NCBI GenBank assembly: GCA_963703435.1
Contig: CAVPEJ010000002.1
Span: forward strand, 1,179,328 to 1,243,327
Origin: an uncultured Thermoleophilia bacterium
GTDB lineage: Bacteria > Actinomycetota > Thermoleophilia > Gaiellales > Gaiellaceae
Length of the DNA: 64,000 nt
Direction: 5' to 3'
This document shows, one piece after another, positions 45,093 through 53,388 of this stretch. Below the pieces are notes generated by a model. It saw only the letters and a list, made by a program, of their open reading frames with translations, ran no database searches and was not told where the DNA came from. Made by a program: the position numbers and the translations under genes. Position 1 is the stretch's first letter; each line of letters starts with the position of its first letter.

Positions 45093-46292
45093 TCGTTTCT
45101 CGTCCTCGAGGCCGAAGAGATGACGCACCGCGTCGGCGTACACGGCACCGTCGGCGCTGACCGCGGCCTCCTTCATGCGCACGGTCGGGAGATGCAGCAG
45201 CTTGTTCAGGATCTGCGCCGTCACCGACTCGAGCTTCGCGCGCTCATCGTCCGTCACCCGGCCGGCGAGCTTCGCCAGCTCTGCCGTCCTGATCTCCTCG
45301 GCCCTCGCACGCAGCGACGCGATCGCCGGTACGACGTCGAGCGAAGCACGCCACGAACGGAAGCGTTCGACCTCCTCGGCGGCGAGGGCCTCCGCCCGCT
45401 CCGCCTCGGCGCGGCGGCCGGCGAGCGTCTCGGCAACGACCGCTTCGAGGTCGTCGATGTCGTAGAGGAAACAACCATCGAGCTTCGCGAGCGCCGGATC
45501 GAGATCGCGCGGAACGGCGATGTCGATGAAGAAGAGCGGCCGCCGCCGCCGGTCGGGAAGGTCGGATGCGTGCACCACGAGCTCGGGCGCGCTCGTCGAC
45601 GACACGACCACGTCGACGTCCGACAGCGCCTCGCCCAGCCCGGCGAGCGACACGGCCGTTCCGCCGAAGCGGGCGGCCAGCCCCTGGCCCACCTCCTGCG
45701 AACGGTTGGCGACGTACGCGATCCGAGCACCGCGCGAGGCGAGGTTCGACGCAGCGAGCTCGCCGATGCGGCCCGCGCCGATCAGGAGCACACGCCGGCC
45801 GGTGAGGTCGCCGAAGACCTGCGCTGCCAGAGCGGCAGCCGCAGACGACACCGAGGCGGGGCTCTCGCCGATCGCGGTCTCGCTGCGGACGCGTTTGCCG
45901 AGCGCGAGCGCCTGGCGGAAGACGCGGTCGAGGAACGGGCCGGGCTCGACCGCCTCGAACGCCGTGCGGACCTGGCCGAGGATCTCGCCCTCGCCCGGCA
46001 CGAGCGAGTCGAGCCCGGCGGCGACGCGGAAGAGATGCAGTGCGGCCTCGTCGTCGTGGAGCCGGTACAGCACTCCGTCGAGCGATTCGCCGGCAAGGGC
46101 GGAGAGCGCGGACGCGGTCTGCTCTTCCTGCTCCGCGCCGAGGTACACCTCGGTCCGGTTGCAGGTCGAGAGGCACACGGCCTCGCCGAGCGTGCGCGCG
46201 AACGCCGCGGCAGCCTCGGGATCGAGCGCGACGCGCTCGCGCAGCTCGACCGGTGCCACGTGATGCGAGAGGCCGACCAGAGTCAGCGTCAT
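45090..46292 (-). CDS. hemA: glutamyl-tRNA reductase
   Basis: Trimmed to ATG 46292 (ATGA overlap). Begins LVGLSHHVAPVELRE and contains LSTCNRTEVY and LLIGAGRIGE. Confidence 0.9.
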   Translation of the reverse strand: MTLTLVGLSHHVAPVELRERVALDPEAAAAFARTLGEAVCLSTCNRTEVYLGAEQEEQTASALSALAGESLDGVLYRLHDDEAALHLFRVAAGLDSLVPGEGEILGQVRTAFEAVEPGPFLDRVFRQALALGKRVRSETAIGESPASVSSAAAALAAQVFGDLTGRRVLLIGAGRIGELAASNLASRGARIAYVANRSQEVGQGLAARFGGTAVSLAGLGEALSDVDVVVSSTSAPELVVHASDLPDRRRRPLFFIDIAVPRDLDPALAKLDGCFLYDIDDLEAVVAETLAGRRAEAERAEALAAEEVERFRSWRASLDVVPAIASLRARAEEIRTAELAKLAGRVTDDERAKLESVTAQILNKLLHLPTVRMKEAAVSADGAVYADAVRHLFGLEDEKR

Positions 46293-47050
46293 GCGAAGTG
46301 GCCTCCGGCCAGTGCGAGCCGCACGACGATCACGAGCGCGAAGCCACCCAGCGCGAGGTAGGCGGCCCGCGGCCCCGACGGCCGAAGGACGAGGAAGCCG
46401 CCGTAGACCCCCCACGTCGCGACTGTCAGCCACTCGAGCGCGTCGGTCGACCCGCCCTGCTGGCGGAGCCGCACGAAACCGGCGACGAGGCCCAGCGTGA
46501 GCAGCGGCAGCGAGACCACGATCGTCCGGCGCGTCAGCCGCTCCAGCAACTGGAGCGGCGGCAGGCGCAACCTCAGGATGTCGGAGGCCCGCCGCTTGAG
46601 CCGTCGCTCCTCCCACAGGTACAGCCCTGCAAGCGCGGCGGCGAGCATGAAGCCGGCGAACGCGGCGAGCACCAGGCCGACGTGCAGCACGAGGAAAAGG
46701 TTCGAATAGTGCGACTTGCCGCCGCTCGCAATCCCGCCGCCCAGGCGCGCGACCACGAAGAGCAGCGCGGCCGGGGGCATTACCGCCAGGCCGAGCAGCC
46801 GGAAGCGCGGCCGGCAACCCCAGATCAGGTACGCCCCGACGACGAACCACACGAACAGGTTCAGCGAGCCGGAGAAGCTCGACCAGGGAAACCCGTCCGA
46901 GCGCCCGGCCTGGACGGCGAGCAGCGCCGTCTGCGCGATCCAGCCGAGGCGGACGCCCCACGTCGCGAGCCGCGACGTGCGCACCGAGGCATACGCGACG
47001 GCGGCTTCGCCGTAGCCGATCAGCGCCGGCCAGAACAGGGCCTCAACCAT
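46289..47050 (-). CDS. cytochrome c assembly family membrane protein (HemX/CcsA-like, no Trp-rich motif seen)
   Basis: Trimmed to ATG 47050. About eight TM segments. It occupies the position immediately upstream of hemA, as in the Bacillus hemAXCD arrangement. Confidence 0.7.
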   Translation of the reverse strand: MVEALFWPALIGYGEAAVAYASVRTSRLATWGVRLGWIAQTALLAVQAGRSDGFPWSSFSGSLNLFVWFVVGAYLIWGCRPRFRLLGLAVMPPAALLFVVARLGGGIASGGKSHYSNLFLVLHVGLVLAAFAGFMLAAALAGLYLWEERRLKRRASDILRLRLPPLQLLERLTRRTIVVSLPLLTLGLVAGFVRLRQQGGSTDALEWLTVATWGVYGGFLVLRPSGPRAAYLALGGFALVIVVRLALAGGHFA

Positions 47051-47213
47051 GCCCACGCTCCGCAACCGGCCGCTTCTCCCGCGCAAGCTCGACCAGACGC
47101 GCCACCTCGCGCTGCAGGCGTTGCAGCTTCGACGCGATGATCACCACGTACGCCAGCACCGCGACGAACACGACGAGATAAGCGGCGGCCGTGTATTTCT
47201 CAGAGGGCGTCAT
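47043..47213 (-). CDS. ccmD: CcmD-like small membrane protein (56 aa), not in the ORF track
   Basis: My manual translation is MTPSEKYTAAAYLVVFVAVLAYVVIIASKLQRLQREVARLVELAREKRPVAERGHG. It has one TM segment followed by a basic amphipathic tail. It lies between ccmC and the hemX-like gene, and its stop overlaps the next ATG by 8 nt. Confidence 0.7.
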   Translation of the reverse strand: MTPSEKYTAAAYLVVFVAVLAYVVIIASKLQRLQREVARLVELAREKRPVAERGHG

Positions 47214-47283
47214 CTTTCCCGCTCCGGAGCCGGCAAAGCCGGCACCTTCGCTCCTGGTGAGCCTCCGTCGAGCCTACGGCTCA
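47214..47283 (-). repeat. REP-like bipartite palindromic element, copy filling the ccmC-ccmD gap
   Basis: On the minus strand: TGAGCC-GTAGGCTCGACGGA-GGCTCA (47258-47283, TGA being the ccmC stop), then GGTGCCGGC-TTT-GCCGGCTCC (47226-47246), then GGAGCGGGAAAG directly before the ccmD ATG. Confidence 0.8.
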
Positions 47284-47964
47284 CGTCAACAGCTCCCGCA
47301 ACTCGCGCAGCGACGCGTCCAGCCGCTTGCCCGCAAGCTCGATCGAGTACAGGGTCGCGAACAGCCCCAGCATGGCGGCCAGGCAGACGCAGAAGGTGAA
47401 GAACTGGGAGTCGGTCATCTGCGGGCCGTGCGAGGTGAACACGACCGGGTGGATGAAGTTGTGCGAGAGCCGGATCGCGAGGAACGAGACCGGGATCAAC
47501 ACGACGCCGAACAGTGCGTAGACGGCGCACATGTTGGCCCGCGCCGGGCCCGGCTCGACCGAGTAGCGGAGCATGAAGTAGGCGCAGTAGAACAGGAAGA
47601 GGACGAGGAAGAGCACAAGCTGGTCCTCACCCCAGGACCACCAGACCCCCCAGGAGATCCGCGCCCAGATCGACCCGGTCGCGAGCGTCAGCGCACCGAA
47701 GATCACGCCCTGGTGGATGGCGACGTAGCTCTCCAGGTCAGCCTGCGGCTCGCGCTTCCAGAGGTGCCGGAGCGCCTTCCAGGCCCCCCAGGCGAAACAC
47801 GCATACGAGGTCAGGGCGAGCGGCACGTGGAAGTAGAAGATCCGCTGCGACAGGCCCTGATTGGCGTCGGTCGGCGCGTAGAAGAACGCCAGCGAGACGG
47901 CGGCCGCAAACAGCAGCGTGCAGACACCCGCGAGCAGCGGGAGCCTCGAGGAGAGTGCTCTCAC
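47281..47964 (-). CDS. ccmC: heme exporter protein C
   Basis: Contains RIFYFHVP, the Trp-rich motif WGVWWSWGED and NFIHP. I chose GTG 47964 (start uncertain by about 10 codons). Confidence 0.85.
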   Translation of the reverse strand: MRALSSRLPLLAGVCTLLFAAAVSLAFFYAPTDANQGLSQRIFYFHVPLALTSYACFAWGAWKALRHLWKREPQADLESYVAIHQGVIFGALTLATGSIWARISWGVWWSWGEDQLVLFLVLFLFYCAYFMLRYSVEPGPARANMCAVYALFGVVLIPVSFLAIRLSHNFIHPVVFTSHGPQMTDSQFFTFCVCLAAMLGLFATLYSIELAGKRLDASLRELRELLT

Positions 47965-47998
47965 GGCCGCAATCGTAGACCCCAGGAGAGCGTGGGCC

Positions 47999-48619
47999 TC
48001 AGACCTCGACCACGACGTACTCGAACGTCGCCCAGGCGAGAATCGCGAAGAGGACGTCGTAGAGGCCGAGGAACCAGAGGTAGCCGCCGACGCCGCCCAC
48101 CACGATCGGGACGGCGGCGGGCAGGAACAGGAGCGGCAGCAGCAGCTCACGGGCCCGCCCGGCCACCGCCATCGCACCGAAGAGCGTCCCGACCGCGCAG
48201 ATGCCGAGGTCGGCCAGGGCGACCGCGGCGACCGTGCGGGCGTCGATCCCCGAGAAGAAGATCGAGAACGCCGGCAGGGCGACGACTTCCGCGCACGCGA
48301 GGAACGCGAGCACGGACAGCGCCTTCGCCAGCCAGATCGCGCTGCGATCGCACGGCGCGAGGACGAGCGCGTCGAACATGCCCTGCTCGCGTTCGGCGAC
48401 AAACGCGCGCGTCAGTCCGAGCAGCGCCGTCAGCACCAGCGCCGACCAGAGCAGCCCGAGCGATGCCGCATCGCCGGTCCCGCGCGGCAGCGCGAAATGG
48501 AAGATCGTCAGCGTCGCGATCACGAACAGGAGCATCGACGGCAGCGTCTCCTTAGCCCGGAGCTCGAGCAGCAGGTCCTTGCGCACGAGCGCGCCGACGT
48601 CGCGGGCGTATCCGGTCAC
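47999..48619 (-). CDS. ccmB: heme exporter protein B
   Basis: Trimmed to GTG 48619 (GTGA overlap with ccmA). Six TM segments. Contains RKDLLLELRAKE and FVAEREQGMFDAL. Confidence 0.8.
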   Translation of the reverse strand: MTGYARDVGALVRKDLLLELRAKETLPSMLLFVIATLTIFHFALPRGTGDAASLGLLWSALVLTALLGLTRAFVAEREQGMFDALVLAPCDRSAIWLAKALSVLAFLACAEVVALPAFSIFFSGIDARTVAAVALADLGICAVGTLFGAMAVAGRARELLLPLLFLPAAVPIVVGGVGGYLWFLGLYDVLFAILAWATFEYVVVEV

Positions 48620-49191
48620 GAGAACGCCAGTCGTGCGGTTGCGAGGCGGGCCACGCGCTCCGGCTCGTGCGTGGCGACGACACACGCGCGGCTGCGCTCC
48701 GCGAGCAGGGCGTCGAGCAACGCGGCGCCCTCGTCGTCGAGCGCGTTGAACGGCTCGTCGAGCAGGAGCACGCGCGGCGAATGCAGCAGGACGCGACACA
48801 GTCCCAGGCGCTGCTGCATGCCGCGCGAGAACGTCGAGACACGCCGGTGGCGTACGTCCCACAGGCCGAAGCGCTCGAGCAGCATCCCCACGTGCTCGCC
48901 GCGCTCGGGGATGCGGTAGAGGCGTGCGAAGAGATTGAGGTTCTCGAGCGGCGTCAACTCGCGATAGACGAGCGGCTCGTGCGCGAGGTACCCGATCTCG
49001 TGGCGCGGCGGCAGCTCGAGCGTTCCCGCGCTCGGCGCCGCGAGCCCGGCCAGCAGCCGGAGCAGCGTCGTCTTCCCCGAGCCGTTGCGTCCCGTGACGA
49101 GCAGGAAACCGTCATCGTCGAGGTCGACGTCGACGCCCGCGAACACACGCCGGTCGCCGTAGCGCATCGCGAGGTCCCGCCCCCGAATCAT
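48616..49191 (-). CDS. ccmA: heme exporter ATP-binding protein A
   Basis: Trimmed to ATG 49191. Walker A GRNGSGKTTLL, signature FSRGMQQRL, Walker B LLLDEP. Short (191 aa), like CcmA. Confidence 0.85.
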   Translation of the reverse strand: MIRGRDLAMRYGDRRVFAGVDVDLDDDGFLLVTGRNGSGKTTLLRLLAGLAAPSAGTLELPPRHEIGYLAHEPLVYRELTPLENLNLFARLYRIPERGEHVGMLLERFGLWDVRHRRVSTFSRGMQQRLGLCRVLLHSPRVLLLDEPFNALDDEGAALLDALLAERSRACVVATHEPERVARLATARLAFS

Positions 49192-49916
49192 CCGCGGTAC
49201 ACCTCGGCGGCGGCCCGGTGGAAACCCTCGGGCGCTCCGGCGGCGGCGAACGTGTCCGCGATCTCCTCCATCTCGCCGATCCACCGCCAGCCCTTCGCGG
49301 CTGCGGAGCGCTCGGCGGCAGCGAGGCGTTCGGGGAGCTCCGGCGCGGACTCGCGCCACTCCGCCTGCAGCTCTTCCCAGACGCCGTTCGCCCGCGCGAC
49401 GTCCCTGATCGCGAGCAGCATCGCGGCGGTGCCCTTCGACCACGCCGCGTAGACCATCTTCACCGCCGAGGCATCCGGGACGATCCGCGTGGCGACAACG
49501 CTGCCCTCGAACAGGGCGGCGACCGATCCCGCCTCCTCGCCGGTGAGGAACAGGCGCGTCGTCCCGGCGGCCCGCGGCGGCGAGCCAACGATGCCACCGT
49601 CGACGAATCGCGGGTGCAGCGCAGCGACCCGACGGGCCGTCGCCGGCGAGATCGCGTTGGCGTCGACATAGACGCCGCCGAAGGCGCGTGTCGCCTCGGC
49701 GACGCCGACCGCGGCGTGCGGCGGGCACACGGAGAGGAGCAGTTCGCTCTCGCGCACGAGCGCAGTCACGCCGCCGGCGTCCTGGAACCGCTGCGCCCTG
49801 GCGCGGGTCGCGTCGCTCCGCCCCTCCGACGCCCAGAGCACCTCGTGCCCGCGCTCCACCAGCGCGTCGCCGAGCGCGGCGCCCATCTCTCCCGGGTGCA
49901 GCAGGCCGACGATCAC
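49188..49916 (-). CDS. NAD(P)-binding oxidoreductase (6PGDH-like N-terminal domain, DUF1932-like C-terminus)
   Basis: Trimmed to GTG 49916 (GTGA overlap). Begins IVGLLHPGEMGAALG and contains AVKMVYAAWSKGTAAML. Confidence 0.65.
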   Translation of the reverse strand: MIVGLLHPGEMGAALGDALVERGHEVLWASEGRSDATRARAQRFQDAGGVTALVRESELLLSVCPPHAAVGVAEATRAFGGVYVDANAISPATARRVAALHPRFVDGGIVGSPPRAAGTTRLFLTGEEAGSVAALFEGSVVATRIVPDASAVKMVYAAWSKGTAAMLLAIRDVARANGVWEELQAEWRESAPELPERLAAAERSAAAKGWRWIGEMEEIADTFAAAGAPEGFHRAAAEVYRG

Positions 49917-50758
49917 AAGAGGTCGGCGAGCACGAACGCGAAGAACGCGACCGAGATGACGCCGTTCATCGTGAAGAACGCGGTGTCGAGCCGCCGCAGG
50001 TCGCCGGGACGCACGAGCGAGTGCTCGTAGGCGAGCAACCCGCCCACGAAGGCGACGCCGACCCAGTAGAGCGGGCCGAGGTGCAGCCCGAGCCCGACTG
50101 CCACGAGCAGCGCGACGGTCGAGAGATGGAGCGCGCGTGCGCCCTGGAATGTCCGCGTCTCGCCGAAGCGCGTCACCCAGGAATGCAGGCCCTGCTCCTG
50201 ATCGACGCCGACGTCGAAGAGCGCGTAGAAGAGGTCGAAGCCCGCCACCCACGCGGCGACGGCCGCCCCGAGCGCCCACGCCTGCCACGGCAGCTCGCCG
50301 CGAACGGCCGCCCAGGCGCCGACCGGAGCCAGGCCGTCGACCGCGCCGAGCCAGAGGTGGCAGAGCCACGTGAAGCGCTTCAGATAGGGGTAGACGACGA
50401 ACGCGATCACGGGGATCGGCGCGAGCGGGCGCACGAACGGATCCAGCTCGAAGACGGCGGCGAGGTACACGGCCAATGACGCCGCGCAGAAGGCGAGGAC
50501 TGCGGCGACCGTGAGCGCGCCGCTCGGCAGCTCCCGCGTGGAGGTGCGCGGGTTCGCAGCGTCGATCCGCGCGTCGATCAGGCGGTTGAGCGCCATCGCC
50601 AGCGAGCGGGCTCCGACCATCGCGACCGTGATCCAGAGCAGGTCGTGGGCGGCCGGCACCCCGCGGACGGCGAGGAAGGCACCGACGTAGGCGAAGGGCA
50701 GCGCGAAGATCGTGTGCTCGAACTTGACGAGCCGGTAATAGAGGCGGGCGACCTGCAT
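49913..50758 (-). CDS. UbiA-family aromatic polyprenyltransferase (4-hydroxybenzoate/MqnP-like subgroup)
   Basis: Contains VKFEHTIFALPFAY, NRLIDARIDAANPRTSTRELPSG and a second Asp-rich FYALFDVGVDQ. Confidence 0.8.
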   Translation of the reverse strand: MQVARLYYRLVKFEHTIFALPFAYVGAFLAVRGVPAAHDLLWITVAMVGARSLAMALNRLIDARIDAANPRTSTRELPSGALTVAAVLAFCAASLAVYLAAVFELDPFVRPLAPIPVIAFVVYPYLKRFTWLCHLWLGAVDGLAPVGAWAAVRGELPWQAWALGAAVAAWVAGFDLFYALFDVGVDQEQGLHSWVTRFGETRTFQGARALHLSTVALLVAVGLGLHLGPLYWVGVAFVGGLLAYEHSLVRPGDLRRLDTAFFTMNGVISVAFFAFVLADLL

Positions 50759-50927
50759 GGCTAGAAGCTCTCACATAGTGACGTTCGTCGACCGGCTGCG
50801 ATCGGCGAGTGCGCTGCAAGGACGCAGGGAGGCCCGATAGTTGCACTATCGGGCCGACCGAGGACGCGGCAGCGTGCCGCCGAGCGCGGCCGGGCGACAC
50901 AATCGCTCACTGTGTGAGAACTTCTAG
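50759..50927 (-). promoter_or_regulatory. structured intergenic spacer (candidate cis-regulatory RNA) between moaB and the prenyltransferase gene
   Basis: A 14/15 long-range inverted repeat, 50761-50775 versus 50913-50927, joins the moaB stop to within 2 nt of ATG 50758. There is a perfect hairpin GGCCCGATAG-TTGCA-CTATCGGGCC at 50831-50855. Local competing hairpins are TCAC-ATA-GTGA and CTCAC-TGT-GTGAG. Confidence 0.45.
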
Positions 50928-51403
50928 GTCTGACTGTGTGCCGTCGTCTCGTCGGCGACCAGCGCCAGCGCATGCGCGAGCGCAGGCCTGAGCAGCGTGT
51001 ACCCGTCACGGCAGCCGCCCGGGGAGCCCGGGAGGTTGACGACGAGCGTGCGGCCGAGCACGCCGGCCGTGCCGCGCGACAACAGGCCGTGCGGGGTCCT
51101 AGCGGCCGAATCGGCGCGCAAGGCCTCGGCGATCCCGGGAATCTCGCGCTGCAGCACCGTTCGCGTCGCCTCCGGCGTGACGTCGCGCGGCGCGACCCCG
51201 GTTCCGCCCGTCGTCAGCACGAGCCTCGCGTTCGCCGCGAGCTCCTCGATCGCCGCGGCGATCTCACCGGCCTCGTCCGCCACGACCCGCCGGTCGACCG
51301 CGTAGCCGTCCTCGCGCAGGCTCCGTTCGAGCTCGTCACCGCTCGCATCGACTGCCTCGCCGCGCGAGACACGGTCGGAGACGGTCAGCACAGCCGCGTT
51401 CAT
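50924..51403 (-). CDS. moaB: molybdenum cofactor biosynthesis protein B (MoaB/MogA family)
   Basis: Begins [12 protein letters not shown] and contains [19 protein letters not shown] and LPGSPGG. Confidence 0.88.
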   Translation of the reverse strand: MNAAVLTVSDRVSRGEAVDASGDELERSLREDGYAVDRRVVADEAGEIAAAIEELAANARLVLTTGGTGVAPRDVTPEATRTVLQREIPGIAEALRADSAARTPHGLLSRGTAGVLGRTLVVNLPGSPGGCRDGYTLLRPALAHALALVADETTAHSQT

Positions 51404-51831
51404 TCCTTCACTTTCTCGACGAGCTCGACGCTGAACGACATCTGCTTGTCGACGGCCTTCGCCATGTCGTAGACCGTGAGTGCCGCGACCGCCGCTGCGG
51501 TCAGGGCCTCCATCTCGACGCCCGTACGGGCGGTCGTCGCCGCCTCGGCGCGAATCTCGACACCGCCCTCGACGATCTCGACGCTCACGTCGATGTGCGA
51601 CAGCGGCAGCGGATGGCAGAGCGGGATCAGTTCCGCGGTCCTCTTCGCCGCCATGATCCCCGCGAGCTGTGCGGTGACGAGCGCGTCGCCCTTGGGCAGC
51701 CTGCGGAGCTGCTCAGCGGCAGAGGTCGAGACGAACGCGCGCGCGACGGCACGCCGCGCCACCTCCGGCTTCCCGCCGACGTCGACCATCCGAACGCCGC
51801 CCGACTCGTCGACGTGCGACAGGTCGCTCAC
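51400..51831 (-). CDS. moaC: cyclic pyranopterin monophosphate synthase
   Basis: Trimmed to GTG 51831 (GTGA overlap). Contains [17 protein letters not shown] and [11 protein letters not shown]. Confidence 0.9.
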   Translation of the reverse strand: MSDLSHVDESGGVRMVDVGGKPEVARRAVARAFVSTSAAEQLRRLPKGDALVTAQLAGIMAAKRTAELIPLCHPLPLSHIDVSVEIVEGGVEIRAEAATTARTGVEMEALTAAAVAALTVYDMAKAVDKQMSFSVELVEKVKE

Positions 51832-53378
51832 CGGCGATACCTCCGTGCGAGCGAGAGCAGCGCCTTCCGCTCTCTCCAGGCAGCGCCCACCCGGCTCGCT
51901 GCTCCGACCCCGTACAGCACCGAGAGCGCGCCCCTGAACCCGTCGGCGGCGGCCTCGTCGTAGGGATACCACCACGGGACGGGCACGCGGCCCGAGTCGC
52001 GGTCGACGAACTTGATCGCAGAGAGGTCGTACAGACCATGCCGGGAGTGCGTGCGGCCGTAGCCGGACCGGCCGCGACCGCCCCACGCCGCCTGCGCCGC
52101 GCCGTACGAGTACGCGTGGTCGTTGTGCCAGACCGTGCCGGCCCGCAGCTGCGCCGCGATGCGCGCGGCACGCGCGTCGTCGCGCGTCCAGACGGAGGCG
52201 CCGAGCCCGTAGTGGCCGACGTTCGCCGCCGCGACCGCGGCACGTTCGTCCGCTACGCGCCCGACGGTGACGACCGGCCCGAACACCTCCTCGCGTTCGA
52301 TGCGCGCCGAAGCGGGGACGTCAGCGAGGACGGTCGGCTCGTGGAACCAGCCGCTGCGGTCGGGAATGCCGCCACCCGAAACCACACGCGCGCCGTTGCC
52401 GACCGCATCGGCGATGAGCTCCTGCACGCGCGCACGCGCACCCTCCGAGATCAACGGCCCGAGGTCGTCAGCGATCCTCAGCGTCGAGGCGCGGCGCGCC
52501 AGCTCCTCGAGGAACGGCTCGTAGAGCGACCCTTCGACATAGATCCGCTCGACTCCGGAGCAGACCTGTCCGCAGTTCAGGAACGACGCCCACACCGCCC
52601 CGGCGGTGGCGCGGGCGAGGTCGGCGTCCTCGAGCACGAGCATCGGGTCCTTCCCGCCAAGCTCGAGCGTCACGGGCACGAGCTGGGCCGCCGCGGCGGA
52701 CGCGACCTGACGGCCGCCGTCGACCGAGCCGGTGAACACGATCTTCGCGACCCCTCGCGCCTCCACGAGGGCCCCGCCGACGGCGGCGTCGCCCTGCGCC
52801 ACACGGACGAGAGCCGGCGGCGCGCCGGCGTCCGCGAGCAGGTCGGCGATTAGCTGTGCGGACAGCGGAGTCAGCTCGGACGGCTTCAGGACGACCGCGT
52901 TGCCGGCGGCGAGCGCGGACGCGATCTGCGTGAGTGGAATCGCGAAGGGAAAGTTCCACGGCGTGATCAGCCCGACGACGCCGAGCGGTTCGTACCGCAG
53001 CCAGGCGCGCTTGTGCAGGAGGTGCGGCTGCGTCATGCGGACGCGCTCCGGCTCGAGGATCCCGGGCGCGCGCCGCTCGAGCCAGGCGAGCGTGTCGAGC
53101 GCCGGGTAGAGCTCACTCGTGTACGCCTCGACGAGCGGCTTGCCCGTCTCGGCCCGAACCGTCGACGCGATCTCGGCGGCGCGTTCGAGCGTGGCTGCGC
53201 GCAGGCGGCGCAACAGCGCGACCCGGTGGCGCACCCGTGCCGCGCCCCAGGCGGGCTGGGCGAGCAGCGCTTCGCTCACGAGCTCCTGCACGGCGAGCGG
53301 GTCGGTTGCGTCGATCGTCGCGACCGCCTCGAGTGTCGCCGGATTCACGACGCGCAGCTCGGTGGCGGCGACGGCCAT
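51828..53378 (-). CDS. NAD(P)-dependent aldehyde dehydrogenase family protein
   Basis: Contains [25 protein letters not shown] and a catalytic-Cys region [10 protein letters not shown]. Confidence 0.88.
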   Translation of the reverse strand: MAVAATELRVVNPATLEAVATIDATDPLAVQELVSEALLAQPAWGAARVRHRVALLRRLRAATLERAAEIASTVRAETGKPLVEAYTSELYPALDTLAWLERRAPGILEPERVRMTQPHLLHKRAWLRYEPLGVVGLITPWNFPFAIPLTQIASALAAGNAVVLKPSELTPLSAQLIADLLADAGAPPALVRVAQGDAAVGGALVEARGVAKIVFTGSVDGGRQVASAAAAQLVPVTLELGGKDPMLVLEDADLARATAGAVWASFLNCGQVCSGVERIYVEGSLYEPFLEELARRASTLRIADDLGPLISEGARARVQELIADAVGNGARVVSGGGIPDRSGWFHEPTVLADVPASARIEREEVFGPVVTVGRVADERAAVAAANVGHYGLGASVWTRDDARAARIAAQLRAGTVWHNDHAYSYGAAQAAWGGRGRSGYGRTHSRHGLYDLSAIKFVDRDSGRVPVPWWYPYDEAAADGFRGALSVLYGVGAASRVGAAWRERKALLSLARRYRR

Positions 53379-53388
53379 GGCCGACAGG

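Noticed and set aside
44872-45093. The 73-aa ORF MSRRLDGGEEEAEVPAWPAPERL... and similar peptides encoded across each REP-like copy.
   Set aside because: The similarity is at nucleotide level, with compensatory stem changes. The frames differ in length and context between copies, and the ORFs overlap the hemC start or lack stops.
50906-50918. TCACA/TGTGA half-sites in the moaB-prenyltransferase spacer as a CRP/GlxR-type operator.
   Set aside because: The spacing (3 nt) and orientation do not fit TGTGA-N6-TCACA. The motifs are better explained as arms of RNA hairpins.
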